Of a stretch of 64,000 nt of DNA, positions 34,206 through 44,062 are shown piece after piece. Position 1 is the first letter of the stretch. Each line of letters opens with the position of its first letter. Below the pieces are notes generated by a model. The model was not told where the DNA came from and made no database searches. It saw nothing but the letters and a program-made list of their open reading frames with translations. Made by a program: the position numbers and the translations under genes. Origin of the DNA: a virus (Duplodnaviria; Caudoviricetes); IMG/VR virus record IMGVR_UViG_3300033076_001247, positions 10,123 to 74,122 of that record; one strand, written 5' to 3'.

Positions 34206-34482
34206 CCTCGACCGTCACGTCGACCAGCACCGTCTCGGGCGACACCTCGCCCGCCTCGCGGCAGACCCATATCTGTTGCGTCGGCGTCCCGAAGGACATG
34301 CCCACGACGCGCGAAGAGTCGATGACGGCGGCGTTGACCACGCCATCGAGGCTCACGTTGACGATGGCGCTCGGATGCCGCGAGACGACCGAGCACGAAC
34401 GACCGACGAACGGCACCTCGACCTGCGGCGACGACGGGTAAGCCTCGGTCGTGCTGATGTCGACCGTGTAAGTGCGGATCAT
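34192..34482 (-). CDS. Small beta-rich virion/hypothetical protein
   Basis: ATGA coupling. Confidence 0.55.
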   Translation of the reverse strand: MIRTYTVDISTTEAYPSSPQVEVPFVGRSCSVVSRHPSAIVNVSLDGVVNAAVIDSSRVVGMSFGTPTQQIWVCREAGEVSPETVLVDVTVEDVIY

Positions 34483-34697
34483 GAGTTCTTCTCCATCCGG
34501 GCCTTGACGACCTCGAGTTCGAGGCGAAGACCGGCGACCTCGCGACGGAGCTGCGCCTGGTCGTCGCGCAGTTCGTGCAGCACGTTCCCGAGCGTGTCGA
34601 CCGCAAAAGACAGATGGTTGATCTCTTTGGCGACCTTCCAAAGGCCACCGAGGATGCTCAATCCAACCGGAACTGCTGCGATGATCCACTCGGGCAC
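34479..34697 (-). CDS. TM + coiled-coil protein (holin-like)
   Basis: WIIAAVPVGLSILGGLW followed by heptads. Confidence 0.55.
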   Translation of the reverse strand: MPEWIIAAVPVGLSILGGLWKVAKEINHLSFAVDTLGNVLHELRDDQAQLRREVAGLRLELEVVKARMEKNS

Positions 34698-34760
34698 GGT
34701 GTCGTCTCCTGCTGTCGCGTCAGCCCGCTCCCTACCGCAGCGGGCTCGACACGAGTGACG

Positions 34761-35051
34761 CTAGGCGTCCACCCAGCCGGCAAAGTCGGGCTGGGTCTTG
34801 AGCCATTCGTAGCCGGAGGCGATGGGGCTGGACGCCGCCGGCAGATCGACCGTCGGGCAGTTGTAGACGCGACCGACGACCGGCACGGCCTGTGCCTGTC
34901 GCGCCGAGGCGTCGGCGTGAATCTCGACCTTGATGAACGAGACGGCGTTCGCCACGTTCTCGGAAGTCACCGAGAGGACGCGGGCGTAGGCGGCGGGGAA
35001 GTCGAAGTAGACGTCGTTCTTCGCGGGAATGCAGTTTCCGATGAGTGCCAT
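34761..35051 (-). CDS. Tail-fibre assembly chaperone-like protein
   Basis: Follows a fibre gene; C-terminal YEWLKTQPDF.G..DA. Confidence 0.55.
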   Translation of the reverse strand: MALIGNCIPAKNDVYFDFPAAYARVLSVTSENVANAVSFIKVEIHADASARQAQAVPVVGRVYNCPTVDLPAASSPIASGYEWLKTQPDFAGWVDA

Positions 35052-35064
35052 GAGGTGTCTCCTG

Positions 35065-37836
35065 TTACGCGGCGAACTTGAGGACAGCGCGAGCGCCCGA
35101 CCCGTTGGTGCCGAGCGAGAGCTTCGCGGAGAAGATGGACTGCACGGTGCTTTCGAGGGTGGCGCTCGCGGCAACGAACACGTCGTTTCCCGCACCCGAG
35201 CCGGTAGCGTTGACGTTCGTTACCTTCGTCGTGCCGCCCGCCTCGCAAGTCAGCGCACCCGAGTGCAGGTTGGCGGTCGAGAAGATGACTGTTCCCGCGC
35301 CGCCGTTGTTCGTGCTGACCGCTCCGACATTGGCGCCGAGTTGGCGCTGCTGCTGAAGAACCGCCGACGCTCCGAGGGCGGTAAACGCGAGAGGCGTTCC
35401 CGAGACGGCGGGCGCAATCTGTGCGCCCGAGAGCGTGAACGTACCGGCGTCCACCTGGAATCGCGTGGTCACGGCAGCCGACGAGATACTGAGCGGCCCC
35501 GACCAAGTGTTGCTCCCGCTTACCGAGCGCAACGCGCCGTCGATCTGCGGTCCCGTGCCGAGAATCGCTGCCGTCTTGTTGCTCGTCGGCGTGATGCTGC
35601 CGGTCAACTCGAGCGCGGCCCCCGACGATACCGTCCACGTTGCGGTGGTTCCGACTGCACCGAGGCCGAGGTTGTTGTTGATGCGGAAATATCCGGCGGT
35701 CACCGAGCCAGCCGTCGCGGTCGAGACATTGCCGCCGTTGAGCGCGAGTCGCTGCTTGGCCCCCGAGGTGCCGCCGCCGACGTTCCAGGTGGACGACGCG
35801 GTCGTCGTCGCCGTGTTCGCTGGAACCGTCAGCGTACCCGTTGCCGAACCGCCCGCAAACGTGAAGGTTCGGGCGCCGTTCCACGTTGTGTTACCGGATC
35901 CCAAGCTGAGATCGCTCGAGCCAGCCCAGCGTAGGTTCGCGTTGAGCGCCTTCGTTCCTGTGTTTGACAGCGTCTTGGAGGAACCGCTCGTATTGTCGAG
36001 CGTGCCCGTCGAGGCAAAAGTAACCGTCTCAGTGCTGGAGCCAAAAGCGGCGTCGTTGTTGAGGTAAAGATTGCCGCCGTTCCAAGCGCAGGTCTTTCCT
36101 CCGGGCGTGTTCGAGCCGCTGAGGACATAGGTTGCGGTGCTGCTGGCCGGGCTGGTGCCGAACACCATGCGTCCCGATATCGGACCGGGGAACACGAGGG
36201 TCGTGTTTGCGGTCAGGCACAGAACATCGGACAAGTCGAGCGTCACCCCACCCGGACCCAGATTGATCGTCGTGTTCGGGAAGGAGGCCGTGAAGAAGAA
36301 ATCGTTGAGCGCGTTGGTGACGACCACGCTGTACGACGAATGCGAGAGCGTGATGTCGCCGTTCTTTCCGTTGTTGATGTAGATGCCGCCCGGCCCACTG
36401 AAGGCGACGCCGCTCATGCTGTCGTAGCCGGCAACATACGAAACGACCGGGAAGTACGTTCCGCTGGTTCCGATGATCGAGCCGGTCCACGACGCGAAGG
36501 CATTCGGTACGGTGCTGTTGAACTCAACCGAGGTGCCAGCGTTCGCGAGATTCGTGAGGCGAAGACCGCCCGAGCCGGAAATGGTTCCACGGAAACTGAC
36601 CCACGCCGAGGACTGTGCGGCAGTCGTTCCGGTCGTGACTTCGACATCGCCGCCGACATCGCTGAACGTCAAGTCGCCAGCGAACGCAAGGTACGTCGTC
36701 GCCGAGGTCGAGGCGTTTCGGATCGCCGTGTTTGCCGGATCGCCATCGAACGTGATGTTTCGACGGACGGTGCGCGTCGTGCCTGTCGTCGGCAACGAGT
36801 AGATCAGTCCCGACGGCAGCACGCGAACGGCATTCGATGGGTCACCAAACGGCGCTGTCTCATTCGTGCTGGTCGTTCCGGCGCCGGCATCGGTCGCACC
36901 GACGTTGTAGCCGACGTTCAGCGAGGCGAGGGTGCTAATGTTTCGCGACCCGATGATGATACCGGGCGAGCCGCCAGAGCCTGCCGCGACGAAACTGTTG
37001 GCCGTGTTCGTCAATCCGGTCGTCACGCCAGTGACATTGATCTCAATCGTGTTCGCGCCGCCGGTCACGGTTCCCGTGAAGGTGCCAGAGGCTGTAGCGT
37101 TGTTCAGTGAGACGGACGACTGCGTGCCGTAGAACTCAAGCGACTTGCTCGCAAACGCTCCGAGCAGGATGGCCGTATACCGCTTGTATGGTGACGCTGA
37201 TACGCTGTAGGTGCCGACGCCAGTGGCGCGATAGACGGTCTGATTGAGGACAATCGTGCCTGCGTCAAGATAGCTGTCGGTCCCAACGTCGATGGTGTTC
37301 AGCGCACTCCCGAGCGCGCCGGCTGCACCAGGAACGGACGCCATGCCGTTCTGCAGCTTGAAGGTTTTCCCAGAGCCGCCGAACGTATTCGCCTGCGAAC
37401 TAGCGAACTGGCCGACGCCATCGAGCGTGAGGCTGTACGCGCCCTGCAGCACGTTGCTAGTGCTTGAGACGGTCAGCACCTTTCCGCTGGTGCCAAAACT
37501 CCAAGTCTGATCGGCACCCAGCGCAAGCGCGGCCGAGCTGGTCAGCGTTCCGCCAGTGCTGCCGGTGAACTTGATTCCGACTCCGCCATAGCTCGCTGTC
37601 GGGTTGATCGTGATGATCTGGCTTGCCGACGCGGTAATCACCTGCGTTCCGGTCGGAGCGACGATCTCGATCTGGCCGATGGTCGAAGTGACAGCCGTTA
37701 CGCCACGCGCCGCCGTCAGCGCACTCGTGAACTGAGCAGCGTCGGCGGCCGAGCTCGGATATCCGGTGCTCGGCGACCACGCGGCAGTGTTTGTCCAGAG
37801 AAGGCCGGTGGTGTCTGTGCGTGCGTAGGTCGTCAT
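35065..37836 (-). CDS. Autotransporter-associated beta-strand-repeat (PATR-like) beta-helix adhesin / receptor-binding protein
   Basis: Repeats such as LTLDGVG...ANTFGG, GALRSVSGSNTWSG, GAGTVIFSTANLHSG. Confidence 0.7.
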   Translation of the reverse strand: MTTYARTDTTGLLWTNTAAWSPSTGYPSSAADAAQFTSALTAARGVTAVTSTIGQIEIVAPTGTQVITASASQIITINPTASYGGVGIKFTGSTGGTLTSSAALALGADQTWSFGTSGKVLTVSSTSNVLQGAYSLTLDGVGQFASSQANTFGGSGKTFKLQNGMASVPGAAGALGSALNTIDVGTDSYLDAGTIVLNQTVYRATGVGTYSVSASPYKRYTAILLGAFASKSLEFYGTQSSVSLNNATASGTFTGTVTGGANTIEINVTGVTTGLTNTANSFVAAGSGGSPGIIIGSRNISTLASLNVGYNVGATDAGAGTTSTNETAPFGDPSNAVRVLPSGLIYSLPTTGTTRTVRRNITFDGDPANTAIRNASTSATTYLAFAGDLTFSDVGGDVEVTTGTTAAQSSAWVSFRGTISGSGGLRLTNLANAGTSVEFNSTVPNAFASWTGSIIGTSGTYFPVVSYVAGYDSMSGVAFSGPGGIYINNGKNGDITLSHSSYSVVVTNALNDFFFTASFPNTTINLGPGGVTLDLSDVLCLTANTTLVFPGPISGRMVFGTSPASSTATYVLSGSNTPGGKTCAWNGGNLYLNNDAAFGSSTETVTFASTGTLDNTSGSSKTLSNTGTKALNANLRWAGSSDLSLGSGNTTWNGARTFTFAGGSATGTLTVPANTATTTASSTWNVGGGTSGAKQRLALNGGNVSTATAGSVTAGYFRINNNLGLGAVGTTATWTVSSGAALELTGSITPTSNKTAAILGTGPQIDGALRSVSGSNTWSGPLSISSAAVTTRFQVDAGTFTLSGAQIAPAVSGTPLAFTALGASAVLQQQRQLGANVGAVSTNNGGAGTVIFSTANLHSGALTCEAGGTTKVTNVNATGSGAGNDVFVAASATLESTVQSIFSAKLSLGTNGSGARAVLKFAA

Positions 37837-37848
37837 CGTGCTCTCCTG

Positions 37849-38163
37849 CTAGACCAGCGTGACGGTGATTCGCTTCGCGCTCGGGTCGTCGGTGAGCGCC
37901 GTCGCCGTGAACCCCGTGCCAGTCGTAACGACGGCAACGAGCGCGTCGAGGCACGCCTGTCCGCTCGCGTAACCGGAGCCGCTGCCTGCATAGTCGAAGG
38001 TGTCGTACGCAATGAGACTGTACGTCCCCGCCGCCCAGCCCGCTGACGGGTCGAGAGTGAACTGCGCGAGACCGGGAAACACGAGCGTTCCCTGCACGGT
38101 CTTCTGCTGCGTCGTGATGACGTTGACCGTTCCGACGATGCGCTGGACGCGAACGACCGGCAT
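37849..38163 (-). CDS. Small beta protein resembling a PATR C-terminal cap
   Basis: GTLV...FTLD...AAGTYSLIAY. Confidence 0.5.
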   Translation of the reverse strand: MPVVRVQRIVGTVNVITTQQKTVQGTLVFPGLAQFTLDPSAGWAAGTYSLIAYDTFDYAGSGSGYASGQACLDALVAVVTTGTGFTATALTDDPSAKRITVTLV

Positions 38164-40874
38164 TACGCCACCACCCCGCCGAGCGTGAAGAACGGGTTCT
38201 CGAAGGTGTTACCGGAGTCTGCCGTCGTGAGAGTGAAGACGACCGCCTGTCCCGAGGTGATGGTCGTGTCGGCGAAAGCGCCAACCGTGATTAGGCTACC
38301 GGTCGTCCAGGTGATCGTGCCGCTCGCGATATTCGAGCCCGCCACACTGATGGTCGCAACCGCATTCGACCCGGTCGGGAACGCCGTGCAAGCGGCCTGC
38401 ACCAGCGTGCGCTTGAGCGTCCACGAGCGGTTCGCGACGAACCGCATGAGCACGGTCGAGACCGGCGGCTTGCCAACGTACTCGCACGCGACGTCATACG
38501 GAGCGCCCTTCGCGTTCGACGCAGCCGTGTCGGCGTAGGCCGTCGTGGCGAGTGCCGTCGAGTTGTTGTTCGCGCTCTGCGTCACGCCCGTCGTGCCCGT
38601 CGGGAGCGATGGGGTGCCGGTGAACGCGGGCGAGGCGAGCGGAGCCGCGCCCGTTACATCCGCAACGGGGATGGCCGCAGCAGCCGTCATGGCTGACGTT
38701 CCGTTGCCCTTGACGTAGCCGGTCAGCGTCGTCGCGCCCGTGCCACCGTTTCCGACAGCAAGCGTGCCGGTGATGTGCGTCGTCAGCCCGATCTTGCCGT
38801 ATGACGGCGCAGCGCCCACGCCTCCCGAAACGAGAGCATTGCCCGTGCCGACATCCGCCAACCGAGATAGCGTGAACGTATCGCTCGCGTACAGCAGGTC
38901 GCCCGTGGTGTAGGCCGTGATGCCGGTTCCTCCCTGCTGGGGAACAAAGTAGCCAGAGGTGATCTTGCCCGCATCCAGACTCGGGATGTCAGCCGCCACG
39001 AGCGCACGGAACGAAGGGTTGCCCGCGCTACCGTTCGGAGCCGCGAACACCCTGTTGGCCGACTGCGAACCGAAGTCCGAGCCAACAACCGTCGCGCCGC
39101 CCGCGAGCACGCCCGATGTCGAGCGCACGAGACCATCAGACAGGCCCGACAGCGTCAGCCCTGCGAACGTCGGAGACGCGCCGCTGTTGATGGACTGCGG
39201 CAGCGAAAGCGTGACCGCTCCGACGGACGCCGACACATCAACCTGATTGCTCGTGCCCGTAAGGGCCGTCACGGCAATCGTCGCCAACGAGGTCGCGGCA
39301 GGAGCTCCGCCTGTACCCAGCAGCACATCGCCAGCCGCCAGCGAGACGGCGGCAACAGTGCTCGTGCCGTTTCCCAGAAGAACGGCGTGCTGCGTCAACG
39401 AGGCCGCACCCGTTCCGCCGTTCGTGACGCCGAGGACGCTTGACCCAACATCCGTTCCTGCCGCGAGGTCAATCGTCTGTCCCGACGACACGATCACGTC
39501 GTTGAGCACCTTGACGAAGCCGCTGCCCGTCACGCTCGGCACCGTCGTGTGAACGTGCGAGGCATACGAGTCGCCAAAGTCGAACGTGACGTCTTTGCTG
39601 TTCGAGGCCGTGAACGCCTCAAGCTTGAGGTAGATGCGCTTCCCAGTGAACGAAAGCGGCCCGATGTTGAACGTCGCCTGGTACTGCGTCGCGACGCTCG
39701 GGTCGTAGATGGCCGTGGCGAGCGTTTGGGCAAGTTGCGCGCCCGACTCCGGGTTCGTGCTGCTATCGTAGGAGTAGAGCGTCAGACGGAACGTCATCGC
39801 GTTAGCGGCAGCCGTGCTCGTCGCGTAGACGTTGAAGTCCCAGATACCTGCCGGCATCGTGCCGATGTTCGGGTCGCTCGAGTCCGAGACGAACCCCGCG
39901 ATGCGCGTCCACGCCGAGGCCGGAACGCTTGAGTAGGTGATGGGGTGCGAGGCCACCTCGGCCGTCCGTCCGAGTTGGTAGGTGTCGGCCGGCAGGTTGC
40001 CGCCCGTCACCGTGGTGCCGGCGTTCATAAAGTAGACGACGCCGCCGCCGCCCGAGCCGCCCGAGGCAACATCGCCCGGCACCCATCCGCCAGATCCGGA
40101 GGTCGACCAGACGAGCGACTGTCCCGACGTCGGAGCAACCGACGACACCGGGCGCCCTTGAATCCCCGTCACGGTTACCGCACCAAGAGCACTGAGAGTG
40201 GCATCGCCAAAGACAGAGACCGCATCGAGCGATCCGCCGCCCGACTGCCCCACGAGAATCTCGCCCTCAGTAATGCCCGACAGATCCGCGCCCGTGCCGC
40301 CGCGAGCAAGACCCAGTTGCCCGGTCGTGATGACGCCCGCATCGAGGCCCGCGATGGCAGTCGTCGTCGCCGAGGAGACGCGCCCCTGGTCGTCCGTCGT
40401 GAACACGGCTACCGCCGACGCGCTGCCGTAGGTGTCGGCCGTTCCGACGTTCGGCATCGAGATCGTGCCGGTCGAGGTGATGGTTCCACCACTGAGACCG
40501 GCGCCCGCCGTGATGCTCGTGACGCCCGACGGTGCGGGAGTAGCAAGCTCGTAGCCGCCGCCCGATGTCGCCGTCAGCACCTTGCCCGCGTCGCCCGAGA
40601 CGGGAGCGCCGAGCCCCGTGCCGCCGTAGCCCGCGCCAAGCGTACCGCCGAGCGTGAACGTGCCGGCACCCGTGATGGTCTGGCTCGTACCGCCCGAAAC
40701 GGTGAGGCCGGTCGACGCGGTACTGAGCGCGACGCTCGTCACCGTTCCGACGCCGCCACCCGGCGCCGCCTTCCATGCACCTTCGGTCGCGTCCCAGGCG
40801 AGAACATCGCCATCGGTCGTACCGAACAGGCCAACAAACTGGCCGGCGTCGAGCAGAATCACGGGCTTGGACAT
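38163..40874 (-). CDS. Long tail/head fibre
   Basis: Repeated L.V..GGTGA shaft motifs, Gly/Thr-rich, globular C-terminal tip. Confidence 0.8.
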   Translation of the reverse strand: MSKPVILLDAGQFVGLFGTTDGDVLAWDATEGAWKAAPGGGVGTVTSVALSTASTGLTVSGGTSQTITGAGTFTLGGTLGAGYGGTGLGAPVSGDAGKVLTATSGGGYELATPAPSGVTSITAGAGLSGGTITSTGTISMPNVGTADTYGSASAVAVFTTDDQGRVSSATTTAIAGLDAGVITTGQLGLARGGTGADLSGITEGEILVGQSGGGSLDAVSVFGDATLSALGAVTVTGIQGRPVSSVAPTSGQSLVWSTSGSGGWVPGDVASGGSGGGGVVYFMNAGTTVTGGNLPADTYQLGRTAEVASHPITYSSVPASAWTRIAGFVSDSSDPNIGTMPAGIWDFNVYATSTAAANAMTFRLTLYSYDSSTNPESGAQLAQTLATAIYDPSVATQYQATFNIGPLSFTGKRIYLKLEAFTASNSKDVTFDFGDSYASHVHTTVPSVTGSGFVKVLNDVIVSSGQTIDLAAGTDVGSSVLGVTNGGTGAASLTQHAVLLGNGTSTVAAVSLAAGDVLLGTGGAPAATSLATIAVTALTGTSNQVDVSASVGAVTLSLPQSINSGASPTFAGLTLSGLSDGLVRSTSGVLAGGATVVGSDFGSQSANRVFAAPNGSAGNPSFRALVAADIPSLDAGKITSGYFVPQQGGTGITAYTTGDLLYASDTFTLSRLADVGTGNALVSGGVGAAPSYGKIGLTTHITGTLAVGNGGTGATTLTGYVKGNGTSAMTAAAAIPVADVTGAAPLASPAFTGTPSLPTGTTGVTQSANNNSTALATTAYADTAASNAKGAPYDVACEYVGKPPVSTVLMRFVANRSWTLKRTLVQAACTAFPTGSNAVATISVAGSNIASGTITWTTGSLITVGAFADTTITSGQAVVFTLTTADSGNTFENPFFTLGGVVA

Positions 40875-40919
40875 GCGGTATCCCTCGCGAGTCGTGTCCT
40901 TTGCCTACCTAGCAACGCG

Positions 40920-40958
40920 AAAGGGCCGGCCGATGCCCCGAAGGACACCGACCGGCCC
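40920..40958 (-). terminator. Terminator hairpin with UUCG loop
   Basis: Minus strand GGGCCGGTCGGTGTCC-TTCG-GGGCATCGGCCGGCCC-TTTCG. Confidence 0.75.
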
Positions 40959-40975
40959 ATGTCTTTCGACCGCGA

Positions 40976-43054
40976 CTAGAGCGCGACGGGCATGCCGATC
41001 TGGAACTTGACCGGGTACAGGCCACCCGCGCTGCCGCCGACGCACGCGCCGAGCGAGATGACGGAGCCGGTGACCGGAGCCACCTTGGACGCCTTGCCCG
41101 CCGTCGCCGACAGGAACAGCGTGTCGGTGATGCCGGGCGCCGTGCCGGTGATGCCGACCGGAATCTCGCCGAGGAAGTCGACCTTCTTCGTCGCCGCCGA
41201 GCCGCCGGCGTTCGCCTCGAGCGCGATGTAGAGCGCCTCGGAGAAGCTCGTCGAGCTGGCCGGCTTGCAGACGCCGTCGGCGTCGAGGAACAGCACATCG
41301 CCCTTCGCCACGCCGGCCGCGACCGACTTGGCGAACCCGATGCTCGAGCCGATCTGCACGCGCGGATCGAGCTGCACGTCGGCGTCGCCGCTGATGTGGA
41401 ACGGCTTGCCGTCGACGAGGACGATGGAACCGTCGCCGTTGTCGTACGCGCTCTGCAGCGAGCTCGACGCCGTCGAGGCGAGGACCGACCAGTCGCCCGC
41501 AAAGGCGCTCTCGGTGGCGTTCGCCGCGTAGGCGTAGCAGAGCAGGCCGGCTGCGATGGCGCCCGAGGAGCTCACGAGCGAGCCGTTCGACACGGCGATG
41601 GCCGCGAGGTCGACCTTCACGACGATGGCGGTCTCGCCGGAGCCGGCGATGAGCTGGTTCTGAACGAACGGAACCTGCGCGCTCGGGAGCGTGCCGCCGA
41701 CGCCCTTGATGGAGACCGTCGAGCCGGAGACGCCCGCGATGACGTAGAGGCCGTCGTTCTTGCCGCCGACGCTGTTCGACACCTGGACGATGTCGCCCGC
41801 CGCGAGGGCCGAGCCACTGATCGTCATCGACGGGGCGGAGACGCTGGACACGCCCGCGACGAACGCCGTGGCCTCCTCGGCCGTGAAGCCGGTGGCCTTC
41901 TTCACGTTGACCGTGAAGCCACCCGCTGTCGCGCTCGAGCCGACGTTGCCGGCGTTGAGGTCGAGGAAGCTGTCGCTGATGATGACGTCGATCTGACCCT
42001 TGCTGACGATGTTGCCCTGAACGGTGAGATCGCCGGAGAGCGACAGGTCCGTGCCGGCGAGAGCGCCGGTCAGCGTGCCGCCGGAGAGCGGCAGCGCGTC
42101 CTGCGCGAGAGCGAGAGCCGACGAAGCGTCGGAGGCCGCAGCATTGGCCGTCGAGACGGCCGAGGCCGCGTCGGAAGCCGCCGCGTTGGCGGTCGAGACC
42201 GCGCCGTCAGCCGTGCTGATGGCCGAGGCCGCGTCGCTGGCCGCCGAGGCAGCCGAAGCCGCCGCCGCGCTCGCGTCGCTCGCCGCGCTGCTGGCGCTAC
42301 CGGCCGCAGCCGAGGCCGAGGAGGCCGCGTTCGACGCACTGGTCTCGGCGTTCGAGGCGGAGGTGGCTGCCGCGCTGGCCGACCCGGAGGCCGAGGAAGC
42401 GTCGCTCGCCGCGCTCGAGGCGCTCGCCGCAGCCGCGCTGGCGTCAGAAGCCGCCGACGAAGCGGAAGCCGCCGAGGCCGTCGCCGCACCCTGCGCGGTC
42501 GCAGCGTCCGAGGCCGCCGACGACGCGGAAGCCGCAGCCGCCGAAGCGTCCGAGGCAGCGGACGACGCAGACGACGCCGCCGAGCTCGCGCTCGACGCAG
42601 CCGCTGAGGCGTCACCCTGCGCCGCGAGGGCGCTGGCCGCAGCGGCCGAGGCGTCCGACGCCGCCGTGCTGGCCGACGAGGCGGCCGACGAAGCCGACGA
42701 CGCGGCGCTCGAGGCGTCCGACGCAGCCGACGAGGCCGAGGCAGCAGCGGCCGAAGCATCGCTCGCAGCCTGCGCCGCATCAGCCATCGCCGTGGCAGCG
42801 TCCGCTGCCGCCGCGTTCGCAGTCGAAACGGCCGCGCTCGCGTTGCTGTTCGCCGTCGCGACATCGCTCGACAGCGTCGAGAGGTCGCTCGACAGGCCGA
42901 CGACGTTGGCCTGGTCGATGTTGGTGACGCCCGAGCCATCGCCGACGAGCGACCCGGCGGTGAAGCTGCCGCCGATCTCGAGGTTGTCGGACGGGCCGAT
43001 CTTGGTGAGCTTGCCGTCCTGAAGGACGACGGCCTTGTTGACGAAATCGGACAT
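40976..43054 (-). CDS. Fibre protein with Ala/Ser heptad coiled-coil shaft
   Basis: ~250 aa of AASDASA/AASASSA repeats (Stf-like) between globular ends. Confidence 0.8.
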   Translation of the reverse strand: MSDFVNKAVVLQDGKLTKIGPSDNLEIGGSFTAGSLVGDGSGVTNIDQANVVGLSSDLSTLSSDVATANSNASAAVSTANAAAADAATAMADAAQAASDASAAAASASSAASDASSAASSASSAASSASTAASDASAAAASALAAQGDASAAASSASSAASSASSAASDASAAAASASSAASDAATAQGAATASAASASSAASDASAAAASASSAASDASSASGSASAAATSASNAETSASNAASSASAAAGSASSAASDASAAAASAASAASDAASAISTADGAVSTANAAASDAASAVSTANAAASDASSALALAQDALPLSGGTLTGALAGTDLSLSGDLTVQGNIVSKGQIDVIISDSFLDLNAGNVGSSATAGGFTVNVKKATGFTAEEATAFVAGVSSVSAPSMTISGSALAAGDIVQVSNSVGGKNDGLYVIAGVSGSTVSIKGVGGTLPSAQVPFVQNQLIAGSGETAIVVKVDLAAIAVSNGSLVSSSGAIAAGLLCYAYAANATESAFAGDWSVLASTASSSLQSAYDNGDGSIVLVDGKPFHISGDADVQLDPRVQIGSSIGFAKSVAAGVAKGDVLFLDADGVCKPASSTSFSEALYIALEANAGGSAATKKVDFLGEIPVGITGTAPGITDTLFLSATAGKASKVAPVTGSVISLGACVGGSAGGLYPVKFQIGMPVAL
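42120..42900 (-). repeat. Degenerate ~21-bp tandem repeats encoding Ala/Ser heptads
   Basis: Periodic AASDASA/AAASASS at protein level, synonymous codons diversified. Confidence 0.8.
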
Positions 43055-43099
43055 GGAGCTTCCTTTCGACGCCGGGGCGCCCGCCGGCTCGGGTGGGGG

Positions 43100-43657
43100 T
43101 TAGGAGTTGGTGACCGGCGTGCCGAGCAGCGCGTAGAGGCTCGTCGTCGTCGCGCCCTTACCGACGAGCTGCACGACCTCGCCGGGATTGACTGGCTCCG
43201 TCGTCGTCAGCCCGCCACCGACCGCGACGTAGTAGAGCGCGTCAACGACGATTCCCGTCAGTCCGTCGATGGTGCCGCTCGACTTGACGAGATTCGAGGT
43301 GCTGCCCGCGTAGAAGCCGATGCAGGGCATCTTGGCCTCGTCGCCAGCGTCAGCCGCGACAAGTCCATCGCCGGCCTGCGCGACCGGCGTACCGGCAGGG
43401 ATGCCGGGATAGGTCGTCGGTCCCGGCGCAGGAACCGCACCAGCGACACCGGCTGCAGGAGGAACGCCGGGCACCCATGCGGTGCCGTTCCAGATCAGCA
43501 CATCGCCGACTGCGGGCGCCGCCGTCCCGATGGCTCGACCGCGCAGGCCGTCGACGGTCGGCGCCGGGTAGTTGCCCGACAGGTCGCCGGCGGCCGGTCC
43601 GGTTGGAGAACCGCCACCGCCGCCACTGCCGCCGCCGAGCGGGATGAAGACTGCCAT
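43100..43657 (-). CDS. Virion protein: fibre linker + shared beta domain
   Basis: GDLSGNYP.PTV..L.GR...GDVL.WNGT.W; C-terminal domain paralogous to 44063. Confidence 0.7.
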   Translation of the reverse strand: MAVFIPLGGGSGGGGGSPTGPAAGDLSGNYPAPTVDGLRGRAIGTAAPAVGDVLIWNGTAWVPGVPPAAGVAGAVPAPGPTTYPGIPAGTPVAQAGDGLVAADAGDEAKMPCIGFYAGSTSNLVKSSGTIDGLTGIVVDALYYVAVGGGLTTTEPVNPGEVVQLVGKGATTTSLYALLGTPVTNS

Positions 43658-43669
43658 GCGTGCCTCGCG

Positions 43670-44050
43670 TCAGTAACGGGGAAGGATAAGAAGCTCAACG
43701 TCGCCGTCGTTGGGGGCGGTGTACCGCTTGCCGTCCTGCTCAACGACCCACTCGCAGGCGTAGGTGCCGGGGACATCGGTATCGCCGGCGATCCAGGCGT
43801 ACGAGACAATGCCCTTCGGAGCGTTCTCGATGGTCGCGAGCGCCTCAAAGACAACCTCGGGCGCCACACACCCGCAGCCCGCCGGCCACCATCGGAACGT
43901 GACGACCGCGCCCGTCAAGTCGGCCGCTCCGAACGTCGATACGACCTGCACTCGAATGACCGGCAACGTGTCGCCCGCCTTCAAAACGAAGCGCGGCGAC
44001 GAGTAGCCGGTCTGAAGCGATGCCTTGATGGGCGTGGTGAGGGTAGCCAT
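43670..44050 (-). CDS. BppU-like Ig-fold virion protein
   Basis: LKAGDTLP.I...DLTGA.V.F...GIVSYAW..GDT..PGTY..EW.V...YT.P. Confidence 0.7.
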   Translation of the reverse strand: MATLTTPIKASLQTGYSSPRFVLKAGDTLPVIRVQVVSTFGAADLTGAVVTFRWWPAGCGCVAPEVVFEALATIENAPKGIVSYAWIAGDTDVPGTYACEWVVEQDGKRYTAPNDGDVELLILPRY

Positions 44051-44062
44051 TCCCTCCCCTAC

